A DNA stretch of 33,473 nt, taken from Vermamoeba vermiformis. Lineage: Eukaryota. A program made the position numbers and the translations under genes. Where the stretch lies: contig JBEWZL010000077.1 of assembly GCA_045837725.1 (NCBI GenBank), positions 744,001 through 777,473 of the forward strand, read 5' to 3'. The notes under the pieces were generated by a model. It had not been told where the DNA came from, searched no databases, and saw only the letters and a program-made list of their open reading frames with translations. Position 1 is the stretch's first letter, and every line of letters starts with the position of its first letter. Below, in pieces: positions 21,868 to 33,368 of this stretch.

Positions 21868-23590
21868 TTAGTTTAATGGTCTGTAAACCAATCGAGGAAG
21901 CTTTTCGGCCACTTGCGGTACCGCGTCTTTCTTCGTCCAAGGCAAGATAGGCCGTCCGCCAAAAACAGGAGTTGAGTCTGAAAATCCAAGGCTATGCAAG
22001 CGTGTCAATAGTGTCAAAGAGGTAACCCAATCAAATCCGTCAAAAGATCTCGCGGCAACCAAGTACGTTAACTTTTGCAGGCTCGTTAATGCTACTAATT
22101 GCATATTTGATGCGAGGCTAAGAGTTAACTCGCGAACTTTGTGCAGACTAGTCACGTGATTTGCGGCGGCAGATCTGTAGCGATGCAAGCGAGTCAATTT
22201 TGTCAGCTTTGATATGAATGAATAATCTTCTGCCACTACGATCTCTAAATTAATCAATTTGGTCAAATTGGGCATTGGACTGAGAGTTTTCAGTGATTGC
22301 ACATGTAGCTGCGTCAGATCCGTCAAACTATTCAGATCGAGTGGTGTCATTGAATCACTCTTGAAGTGCAAATGTAGCCGCTCTAATGAAGTCAAATTAG
22401 CAATCCATTGCATTCCAAGCTGATTGGAAGACAGCAAGCTTAAGCTTGTTAATTGCGTTAGGGTTGATAACAGTTTTAGATCCGGCTTCTTTTCGATCCA
22501 TAGCTTCATTTCTCGCAAGTTAGTGAATGACGTAATGTTAAGGCTAAGCTGATCTGTGCCATAGCCAGCAGTTAAATGTGTCAGCGTGTGTGGATTTAAA
22601 TAATTCAAAAATTCTCCGGTAAAGCTGTATTCACCGAGCCATATTTTCAGTGAATTTAACTTCTTCATATCTTTCATGAACGCAAATGCGTTGTCACTGA
22701 ATCCGCTGCCGTAACCAATTTCCAGGTCTTGTAAATTTGTCGCAGCTTTGATGGATGCAAAATTTTTGATTCCGTCCATTGAGAGTTTGGTGAGTTTGTT
22801 GCACTCTGTCAACTTATAGGCATCTAGCATTTTCAATTCTTCAATATTTTGGAGCGATATAAGCATGCCTTTCAATTTGAGGCTGGGCAGATGCAACACT
22901 TTGAGGTTTGGAATGTAGTCGTTGATTCTGGGACCCAGTATATCTTCTTTATATTTTAGCGTTGTTAATTTTGGAACTGTTGGATACGTTGTAAGTGGCA
23001 CGTCGCCTTTTGTAATCGAAAAGTATTCCAGATTTGGTATGCACTTCGGATCAGCGAGCACAGCATTTGTGGCTTCTAAATACGTCAAATGTGGTAGTAC
23101 TGTTTTAGCTTTTATGCCTATATACGGCAGTGTCAAGCTTTGCAGGTTTGTTAGGTTGTTTAAGCGAATTGATCCAGCTTCGTAGTTGTATCGGTGATGA
23201 ACGAACGACATATCCAAAGAAATCATGTTCGTTAAATTGCAAAATAGCTTGTTGTAATCATCTCCGAGCATAGTATCCGCTTTATGAACTGTCAAGCTGA
23301 AAAGTTGGTTACATCCACTAAACGTTTCTGCCATCGAGTCAACTTCGCTTGATAGGGGCAGGTAAATATCAAAATGAACTTTGCCAATGCAATTTAACCA
23401 CGTTTTGCATACTGCTCGAGCTATTCGTCGTCGATTGTTGGATTTTATGAATGACAGCGTCAACTCGATCAGCTCGTTTGGAAAGTCACCGAAAAAAATC
23501 TGGATAATAATAATAATAAATATTTAGTGATTATTGTTGGATAAACACGGAATAAATTGAGTTCCGGTGATTTGTTCGTACCTGATCCAT
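21868..23590 (-). CDS. F-box/leucine-rich repeat protein (9-nt first coding exon plus one long exon)
   Basis: ATG GAT CAG|gtacg...ccag|IFFGDFPNELIELTLSFI...ARAVCKTW is an F-box. It is followed by many LxxLTxLxxLxL repeats in the 531-aa ORF. Confidence 0.88.
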
Positions 23591-23831
23591 AGATGCGGAA
23601 AAAGTTAGGAATAAATCAGGCTTGTTTCTTTGTTTCGCAGCAGTTGCTTAATATTTTATTTATCAACTCTAAACAGCGCTCTAACGAAGAAAGAGGACTG
23701 TTGTTCCACGCTGAATTTGTGCAGATTTTACCATTAATAACGGTTCCGATACCATCTAAAAAGATCTTTGAACACGTGGTAATTTCCGTGTATGTCGATC
23801 GCTTATCAAGAAAACCAATTGCTGACGTTTA

Positions 23832-24926
23832 TTATACATTTGACGGGGTGGGTGATGAGTGTGAATTTTTCTGTCGCTGTTTCTTCGGCCGTCCAATGAT
23901 GTGATATTCAGTGCCAAAAGCTTCGCGTTTTAATTCAATAATTTCCAATCCTGATTCATGTACGATTTGTTCGATGGGTTTGTTCCAATTACAGCCGAAA
24001 TCATGGGCATGCTTTTCCGCTTTACTTTCTAGCCTCTTAGCTACCATACTACAATCGGCTAATATTAATAAAAAATATCGCTATATATGGCAGTGTATTA
24101 TTTGTAATTATTTTTACCTTGTTTTATTATCAGCTTCGCCGTGCTCAAGTAAAATTATTTTTCCGTCTGGCTTGCAAACTCGTTGCATTTCGTTTAAGAC
24201 CTGCGTTGCATTTTCAAAACTACATAGTCCAAATGTATCCACCACTATAATAACGAATCGTAAATTAGTTATCGTGAGACGGGATCAAGCCGCAAACAAA
24301 AATAGATCAAAACTTCTTTTGGTCTTACCGGTGTCAAATTGGTTATCTTGGAATTTCATATTATGTGCATCCATTAATATAGTCGTTACTTGAATATTTT
24401 TCTCGTTTTTGGTGCCAAATAACTTCTGGATCTTGGATTTGACTTGCTCTAACATTCCTTCGCTTAGATCTATTCCTACAATTCTACTGTTCGGGGGATA
24501 AAATTCTAAATTTCTTCCAGTACCAATAGCTACTTCCAAAACGTCAGGGCCTTTGACGTGTTCTAATATTTTTTTACGATTTGCCAAGATCCCGGTTAGT
24601 CGCTCATCAAAATTGACCTAAACAATTTTAATTAATACTACAAAATTATTAATAAACAAAAAATAGTAGAATATTGATTACTTTGACTCGCTTTATTTTC
24701 TGGCAATTATTTTCGGTTCGATCTTGTCAAGTGACTTCAGCCCTACCTTGGAGTCATATTTCGGTGCAATCTTATTGAATATTTTAATGCCTTCTTGTTG
24801 TGGAATATAACCGAGCTCTTTTAATGAAAATGAGGGCTCTTCTTTTTTCTTCGTGAATTGATTAGCGAAGTAAGCCGATCCAGCAAACACGCCTAGCCCT
24901 CCGACTATTAGAGCTACTTTCCTCAT
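23832..24926 (-). CDS. OMS1: OMS1/METTL7-like SAM-dependent methyltransferase with an N-terminal TM segment, 4 exons
   Basis: Motifs DVLEVAIGTGRNLEFY, GIDLSEGML, FDTVVDTFGLCS, CKPDGKIILLEHG and FGCNWN. Confidence 0.85.
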
Positions 24927-25029
24927 AATTACAATTGTTTGTGCTTTTTATTGCGCTCACTTTGTTGCGTGTTAAATTGAAAGAACTTGGAAACTCGTTC
25001 ATTTTTTAATGCAAACGCATCTGCGCAAC

Positions 25030-25711
25030 ATGCTAGCTTTGCGAACTTGTGGTGCTTATTTGAGGCGCAATTTGCGACCACTTACTGTGGCTAGCCAGCC
25101 GATTATCATCGTGTCAAGTTCAGTGCTTCGATCGGTAAGCCTATAACGTATCCTCGAATTAATTACGATAAATAAACTAACAAATAAATATAGAAAAAAC
25201 ATGGAACGAACATATCGGTGCCAAAGAGCAGGTAGATTTGATTTTAACATTTATATCTGATCCGACACCAGACTCCCTTGTAATTTTGCCTGTCAGGATT
25301 TAAGCTACCGTTCATATTGCAATCAGGTGCTCAGTAAGTAATATTAGGCAACAAATATAATTACACATGGATTTTGCGCGTTTTTTCTTTTGTTTGCGGA
25401 TCTAATCGTTTTTCTCGCAGTGCATGAAGCAACACATCATACCAATTCTTTAAAAAACGGTAAGCTATCATTCATTGAATGTATTTGAGTATTGACATGG
25501 TTAATCGACAGATTTTGTGAGAAAGATCCAAGACGCAGCTCAAAGTTTAGTAGAAGGCGTCGATCTTACGCCACAATCCATTGAACAGGCACAAAAAACC
25601 ACCGACGACATGCACAAGCGTGTCTTAGGAAGCTTTTGGAAGAAATCGCTTGCGTTCAATCCGCTGTACACGAACTTGCAAGCCAACATTGACCTTCGCT
25701 TTATGCCGCGG
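25030..25711 (+). pseudogene. Putative mitochondrial-targeted hypothetical protein; exon 4 interrupted by the transposon left end
   Basis: The N-terminus MLALRTCGAYLRRNLRPLTVAS is Arg-rich and acid-free. Four exons splice in frame, and the frame runs into the TIR and stops at TAA 25724-25726. Confidence 0.6.
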
Positions 25712-25720
25712 CCCTGCAGA

Positions 25721-25823
25721 AAATAATTCGTCCTTGCCTTGGACACGGAGCGAGGCAAGGCAGCCTTGCCTTGGAGTTGGAGCGAGGCGAGGCAAATTGC
25801 CTAGCGGTACGAACAAGGCAAGG
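25721..25823 (+). repeat. Left terminal inverted repeat and subterminal CCTTGCCTYG motifs
   Basis: Motif copies at 25732 (+), 25751 (-), 25764 (+), 25783 (-, one mismatch) and 25814 (-). Confidence 0.9.
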
Positions 25824-27614
25824 AATATTGGTGTACGTATTATTGTCAAATAAGGCGACAATAGTGACTTGGATGCGAGCTACGATGCCTATGAATGCTC
25901 ATTTTGCGTGAAACGTGGCTGATCGAGAGCGACAATGGAACGGCGATAAATTGTAGGCTTCATTGACATAATTTGAAATAAATATGACAAGGATGTATAT
26001 TACGAGCATAGTTTTATCGCGTGCAGCGATTAATTTGATGAAAGAAGCGTTGAAAAAACAATTTAATGAATTTTATTATTCAAGTAAAACTTAAAACTAC
26101 GGGGACATTTCCTGATCTACGACAGGACATACATACCAGCTACCAAATGGATCTTTGCCGCTAAGCTTGTGAATATTATGAATAAATCCTGAACACTGTT
26201 CGCTCGTTTAAATTAATCAAAAATAACGTGCCTGTCAATTGTCGTTCTGATCTAAAAGTCGTCTTATTTAGCGGCATAGATATAGACAATCAATGGGTAA
26301 TTGACGCGGATCGAAAAAGTCGCACTTGATTTCTTGCTTAATATTACGTTCAACGCTCCGACTTCAGCACCAATGTAGCATGCTATGCGCCTTGTGTAGA
26401 TATAGCAGGACTCTGGTACATGAGAGGTTCTGCTGGATGCAGATTTGAAATGTAAGCGGTGCTTGTCAAAATAGTAAGCGTTATTCCGAATAATTCTTTT
26501 TATTAACACTGATAAAACATATTAGGATATAACTTATTCATATGACCAAAGCGGAAGCATTCGGTTATTTCCAAGTCGCTTGTCGATCTCTGGATTTACA
26601 ATTCTTCATTCTACAATATTAAATTATAAGTAAATTTGGGTAAAAAATATTCGAATTGTAGCTATTTATATGCTTACTCTTGTGATTGGGCGATACAATT
26701 TTCCGGTTAGACACGCGATCGAAATCTGACTTACGCTAACGTAACCCCCGGGCTAACTGGGTAGGTAATACCACACTATAGATACATTAAAGGTATTTAT
26801 TGCTAAAAGTAATGAGAAAAATCAGGGTCATGCAGGAGCTCGTGTTGGATGCGAGCGAGGCACGAAATAAATTTGTTGCTTGGTTTTAATCAAAAACGCT
26901 ATCAGATAATAAAACAACCACCTATTTCAATAGGAGTTTACTAAGATTGTATTAGTAAAAATGCTCAGGTAAGCAAGTACGTGACCACCCTGAGGAGATT
27001 TGAAACTTTCGAGTCAATTTTATCGGTAACTCATCATAATTATTAGAAATCATCGCTCAATAGCAAGATTATAGTAATAAAGAAATTAACCAATGGTATT
27101 TTTGATTTATCAGGTTACTTCGTATGATCGATCCGCAAAATCTATCCTTTGGATGCGCAAGACAGTATCATTTTGCAGCACTGAATGCCTTCTTTTAAAT
27201 CTTTACCATGATTGTACAACAACGTCTGATAAAATTTGATTCTGTTGTAAAGTACCGCAATAAACGACTTTTTCATTTCGATTCTCAACGCAATCCACGA
27301 CCACAACTCAGCTTATACAATTTTACAGTGTATTTCTCCGTCATTGATGTTATATATATATATTAATTACATCTATGATTGATATTGGCCTCTATATCAA
27401 CGGCAAAGGCCCATCCGATCGAGACCATGACTTAATCTACGCAACACCGCAAATGTTTGGACAAATACAAATTTGCACCAATTCAAAGGTAAATTATAAG
27501 TACTAATTTCATTTATTGGGAATATTTAAATTTTTTGAACAAGTGGATTTGCACTTAATTTGATCCATCCTTTAAAGACCGATTTATGGTAAAAACTTGC
27601 TTTATTACATTTCA

Positions 27615-30600
27615 TTAATCCCATACAAATATAGTTTGGCCTTCTTGGACCATTACAGCCTTGCTCTTCAACGTACATTGCGACCATCCACACGGGTAGA
27701 ACTCGTCACTCTTTAGTATCGTGCCCTCTCGTACAGGCAAATCTTTCTCGCTGTTGGTGAATCGAATTGGACGCATAGACAAGAACGGAAGTGTATAATA
27801 TCGAGTTAGCTGCTCAGTTGCGATCTTAACGTTCACGATGAAAGTTTTGGTAAATAGTCCTGTAATAGTAGTTCCATCGAACTAATAATAATCTAATTAG
27901 ATCTATTAACAATGAGAGCACGTACATCCAGCACCAATATTACTTCTTTGATTCTCTTCTTTCGTGACTGCGCGCTCGCACTCTTCATCTTTTTGTTGTG
28001 CCAGCAGAATCCGTCGATTATGAATGCAGAGAGTATATCAACATCAGCCTCTTCTTCACCGACAAGATTGTTGACAAGCTCTGCAATACGTCGCATGTCT
28101 TGGTTGTTTGGATTCAAAGGCGTTGGTTCCTTCGGTATTATCAAGTCATAGTCCCTAATGAAGTGAGTATATGAACATATTATTGACTTAACATACGCAA
28201 ATGATTGCTTTTGTTGCTTTCTATTGACATATTGGGCATAAGTGACGACTTGACCGTCGTTATTTTCTATCGGAACGACAGTGGCAGACCGTTGATTCTC
28301 CACCTTAATCAATCGTATTAATACAACTATAACGATTAATAATTAATCGTACCATCCTAGTCAGGAAGTTTGCCTGTTGTCTTCCGTTTGAAACTTGCAG
28401 GATCTGTCGTCGGCGTCGGTTCATCTCTTCATCTCGAGCTGTTGATTGAAAGTGTAGCGGTCCCAAGAAAGCAATTTGGTAAGGAATTGCATACATTGTT
28501 TCGAAATTTGGGAACGACCAGTCAGCGTTAGGATACAAGTCCTAGTTGAACTTTGGTCATACAATTTTCGTTCAAATAGATTAATTTAACACTTACCACC
28601 ATCGATTTTCTTATAGAATAAACCAAATTTTCTAACTTGCCTGCAGGTTGTAGTTCATCACTGGTCCACGTCTTCGTCACGATCATAATTATACCGTTCA
28701 TTATTGTCTTCCAAAGACGGTACTGTTGCACGTGCAGATGTCCATAATATCTTTGTTGGTAAGCGTTAGTTAACGTCTATATGAAATACGAACTAAACCT
28801 TTTGAACATAATGATAGACTGTGCCGCAAATGTCAACCACATGTCACCTTTCAACGAGTTTACATCCGGAGTTCCTTCGCGAAATACATTCATCGTGAGG
28901 CGAGCATAGCCTTCTGCTGGGTAGATACTTCGCATGATTTGGTTGAAATCTACGACCGTAAGTTAGTAATAGACAGTCATTAATCGTATATTTACCCAAT
29001 CGTTGTTGCTGGGTCAACTCAAGCCCAAAGCAGCATGCCAAATTTTTAACGATTCCGATGAATAGTTGATGCAGGTCACAGATTGCAAAGCGTTGAAAGA
29101 AGTTCTTTGCAACGAGAGCAAGGGACCAGAACGGACTCTGATGAGTGTTAGAGTGCGCACCGTATAAGAGCACGTGTCACGTACCACGAAGCCATTCAAG
29201 CCAGTTTGTTGGATCATAGCAGTTTTTTCAGTCCCAGTAAGTACCCCTATAAGCTCAATCTGCTCTCTAGCTGTAATAACAGTTAGTTAATATTGACTTG
29301 ATGAACAGGCTAGACCACCAACCTCGATCAGGATTGCGCAACGTGCGAAACTCGGATCGAAGATCAAAAAATAGTGCCGACGCAGTAGTAGTATAGAATG
29401 AGCTGCATTTCCCCGAAGGGGCAACGACACCTGCGAGCTCAATTTTGCTCATGTGATCGCCTGTGGTGTAAGTGTCGTTTAGTCTTTCTTTATCAGCGTA
29501 CGATACTAACCTTTGATTGCATGAAGTGCGCCCACGGGAAGCTTTCTTGTGCCTTGGAACTCGAAAACAGATAGCTCCTTGTTCTCCAATTTCCGAAGGA
29601 ATTTGATAATGACTTTATCGATGAATTCCTTTTTTCGATGGTTCAGCGACGGAGGAATGTTGGTGATGCAGAACCTGGAGTGCGTTCGACAAGCTATCTG
29701 AAGGATTGTGGTAAGTAAAGCTTACAGTTAATCAATCATACCGAGTTTGGAAAGTTGGCAAACGTCATACTGATTGACGTGTAGCTTTTGTTTCTACTTA
29801 GTTCGCCGACAAAGCCATCAATCCAAAGTGCTACCAGTATGAGCAAAGCATTCTGTGTATCGAGCATTGGTTGGAAGTGATCTTGAATGATCTTCCATCC
29901 CTCAGACGAGGAAGGATGATCGTAGTCATCGCTCCACGAGCTCACCCAATCTAAGCAAGTAAGTCGATTGGCTCTTAATATGTATTCGTACTCACCCTTT
30001 GTCAGATCTTCATTCTTCAATACGTATTCAAGAACGTGTTTGGGTTTATAGTAAGTGATTACTTCATCCGTGCCACCAAACTTGAACATCGATGCTGGAA
30101 TACGATCGAAGAAGAAGTCATCGCAGCGGAACGCAATGTACTTTGTCCTAGGTGTGTCTTCAGCTCTAAACCCTACATGATACACAATATCGAAGATTTG
30201 TTGCAGAGTATTCGCTAGGTAAGAACGTGAGCTATAACTGCTTAACACGAACCAAAACTTACCCGAAAAGGGCACTCCTCGATTACTATAAAATAAGGCT
30301 AACCACAATTTTGTAGTTAAATTTTTGTAATTGGTGAACTCGGCAGGTCTACCACGCTTCACTTGCTGTTCATCTTCGTTGTCGTCATCTTCGATTCCCT
30401 GAAGCACGGGAACGAGCTCAAAGCGTTCTATCTGAATGCTTATCTGGATGGCCACGTTGGTGCCTTCCTGAAGACCAAGCCGAACTAACAATGACACAGG
30501 GTATGTACTATGAGTATACAGGATCGGACAATCTAACAAAAGTTAATATAGAATGACGTAGTACGAACACCAACTCTTCTGAACATTGTCGTTCTCGCCA

Positions 30601-31117
30601 AACTTGACATTGATGTTGACAGTGGCATCCAGCACGACGTAAGTGTTATTCTCAATATAATCATTTAGCTCAATAGTAATAGTTGATGCTACATCGTCCT
30701 CGTCAAGTCTTAGTTTCCTGCAGATCCGTTGGTCAAAATTCTTTGAAAAATTATTATTAATTTTTTGCTCACCAGGAATGATCTGCGAAGTCAAATATAT
30801 GCTCTTTTGCACCACGAGAAGCTACAAAATTTATATTGTAGCTCATGTCCATAGGTTCGAAGATCTCTTCTGCTTGCTCAACCAGAGGTTCGTCAACCAG
30901 GTAATTTTCAAAACGAGATAGCTCACTCTCAACTTATACAAATGATCAACCACACTCTATTGAATTAATACTTACTAAATGTATTTAGCTCTTGCTTATG
31001 ACGTTCTCCTTGCCAATGTGACAATCGAAGGCGTCGAGAGACACGAAGGTCACATATGGTACACCAAACAGTATTGGAGTCAACTCTTTGGTATATCGCA
31101 TCAAATACCGATTCCAT
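27615..31117 (-). CDS. CACTA/CMC-type DDE transposase (TnpD/Tnp2-like), 16 exons, roughly 900-950 aa, with an N-terminal C2H2-like zinc finger
   Basis: The spliced frame is open throughout. Motifs in order: WCTIC..SHWQGERH (Zn finger); HPSSSEGWK; LWIDGF...SYTSISMTFANFP...ITNIPP...KFLRKLE; AIKGDH; CDLHQLFIGIVK; LKGDMWLTF; PNFETMYAIPYQIAFLGPLHFQSTARDEEMN. These parallel the CACTA motifs HP.D..W, DGF, NLP, D.P, D.MH...G, GP and ER. Confidence 0.88.
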
Positions 31118-31237
31118 GGTGGTAAGTTTGACTAAAAATAGAAACAAAAATTTTTGTGGTTTATGTCGTTACAAATTCTTGACTAAATTTTTGTTTCATT
31201 ATTCATACCAACAACCACTCATAGCAGCAAGTCAATT

Positions 31238-33240
31238 ATGGATACTAACGAAGACTATTATCAAGACAACTTCCATGAAGAGCAGTATCAAGATCACGTG
31301 GATCCCCAAGATCAACGACCAAACAAAAGGAGGTAAGGGACTAGATTGTTGAAATATGGTGCTCATATTGCTCTATGAACCATACAATAACATTTTTTGA
31401 TCGAATCAACTCATCCGAGTAAAGTTTGAATTTATTCATTAACTTAAAATATTTTTTAGAAGGCTTGACGAAACCGAAGAACAAGGGGTACCCTACGAAG
31501 AATACAGGTATGACCTACCCTAAATTTTAAAATCATTTAAACCATTTTCTAGGGAACTTGATCCGCAAGTACGCGATGCAGATCTAACAAGAGAAAATCT
31601 CGAAGAAGCTCATCGTATCCTACATCAGATGGATTATGATGACAGAACTCACCCAAATGCACAGTTGGCAACTCAAGTTGAAGTTGCATTGGCAAAAAAA
31701 CGTTCCGATCCGGTCTCTGATCTTTGGGTACGTTATATTATGCTACTTGAGTTGAAATACTTACTTCTCGTTTAAAGAATGGTTGGTTGGGATCAAAGGT
31801 ATTAATCAAAACCTTTCTGTTGGATCCGTATAAACGTATCTCGACGAATCTCAAAGAGTGGATCTTGGCGATGGAAGTACCAGACCCTCTAGTCAAATTA
31901 ATAACAACCAAGGTACAATATACACGCGTGCAATGTATTTACTGATGCTATAGCTATATGTAGGCTGGCGCGTACTGGGACGACAAACGACATGATCTGA
32001 ATACAATGCTAGCTAACGCTCTTTGGTCGGAGAGTAATGATGAACTAAGACAAAGTCTTCAAGAGCAAGGTGCTCAGTTCCTCAATTCTGCGCGGGGTCA
32101 GGAGTTTATTGCTGCTGTGGCGACAACGTTCCGCAACAAAAAGCTACCGAACGACTATGGCCTTCCAAGCTTAAAGTTACAAATGTTTATTAAAGAACGA
32201 ATGTTTGTAGCACAAGGTAACTAATATATTGTCTGTTCGATCCAACAATAGCTCATTATTTGACAAGGTGCCACTTCGCTCAAAGATGCGAAAGAAAGAA
32301 TTGGAATGGTGCTAACAACACAACAAACTCTTCAGTTATATGAAGTACCACAGCAGTTCGAGGGTAAGTTTTAAAGACGTAAGTCAATTACATCAGCCAC
32401 TCACACTTATTCAGAAAACAACGCAGGCCATCTTGTGGCGATCCATGCGAAAGGAGCGAGAGCCAAGCAACCAGCACCAAATGGCGCTCCAAAAGTAGCC
32501 AGAGGGAAACAAGGCATTGCACCAGTTGCGCCCGTTCCCAAACAAGGTCTCATCCCTGTCGCTCCTGTCGCCAAGCACGATGCTGCACTCGTGCCACGTG
32601 CACCAGCAAAGCGACCTTTAGAGCTTGTACCAGTAGCACCACCTAAAGGACAAGGTAAGCAGTTGTAATGTTCGTCAACATTTTAACGAACTGCGTCTAT
32701 CAAGGGAAGCAAGCACTTGCGCCCATCCCCAAGCAACCTGTTGCAAACCAGAATGGTCACGAGGAGGACGAGCACGTGCAAGAGCAGGTGCCAGCTGTCC
32801 CAGCCCCTCCTAAAGCGAAAAGAGGACGAGGTGAGCAGAGCTGCATCAACGTACTCGTTTCTAATCAGGCATTGAAGGTAAACAATCTTCTGGTGGCCGA
32901 AAGCAACCACCTCCAGAACCTGGCAATGCAAAGGCAACCAGAGGACAGGACGCACAAGAGCTGCTTGTTCCCGCGACAAACAATCAGCGTGAAGTGGCCG
33001 AGCGAGAGAATAATGGCAATGCGTCGGGTAATACTACTTTATGACTTGCTCAAACTCTTTATTAACGTCTCATACAGATAATGACACGCCAGCTCAGCCC
33101 TTGATGCGTATGTAACAATCATAAGTAATGAGCTCTATTAACTCTTATTGTTAGGCTATTCACTTCGCGCACGTAGAGACCCTAACGCACCACTCGATGA
33201 AGATCAAGGGACTCAACGCTACGAGGCTACTGAAGACTAG
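31238..33240 (+). CDS. Transposon accessory protein of unknown family (positional TnpA analog), 11 exons, ~480 aa
   Basis: Ten GT-AG introns give an uninterrupted frame: an acidic N-terminus with NKRRR, a helical core, and a Pro/Ala/Lys-rich tail with KQG.APVAP repeats, KAKRGRG and RYSLRARR. TAG at 33238-33240. The gene lies inside the TIRs. Confidence 0.82.
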
Positions 33241-33368
33241 ATTACCAGTCAAGTATTCTTATTGTACAACGCTTGTACTGTATATAAATATTAGTTTCTA
33301 AACCGATATCGTAATTCAATTCATGAAAATACCCGAAGGCTGTATCCCGTCGTCATTCCGTTGGTTTG

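Noticed and set aside
25730-25825. Short repeats as a CRISPR-like array
   Set aside because: The units are 10-mers in alternating orientation with spacers of only ~3-21 nt, mirrored at the far end of the element. They are transposon subterminal repeats, and no cas genes are present.
27349-27364. (TA)n tract
   Set aside because: A short microsatellite expected in AT-rich DNA.
25830-27600. Fanzor/TnpB or another nuclease gene as transposon cargo
   Set aside because: No RuvC-like motifs or reconstructable spliced ORF were found; only short stop-interrupted fragments.
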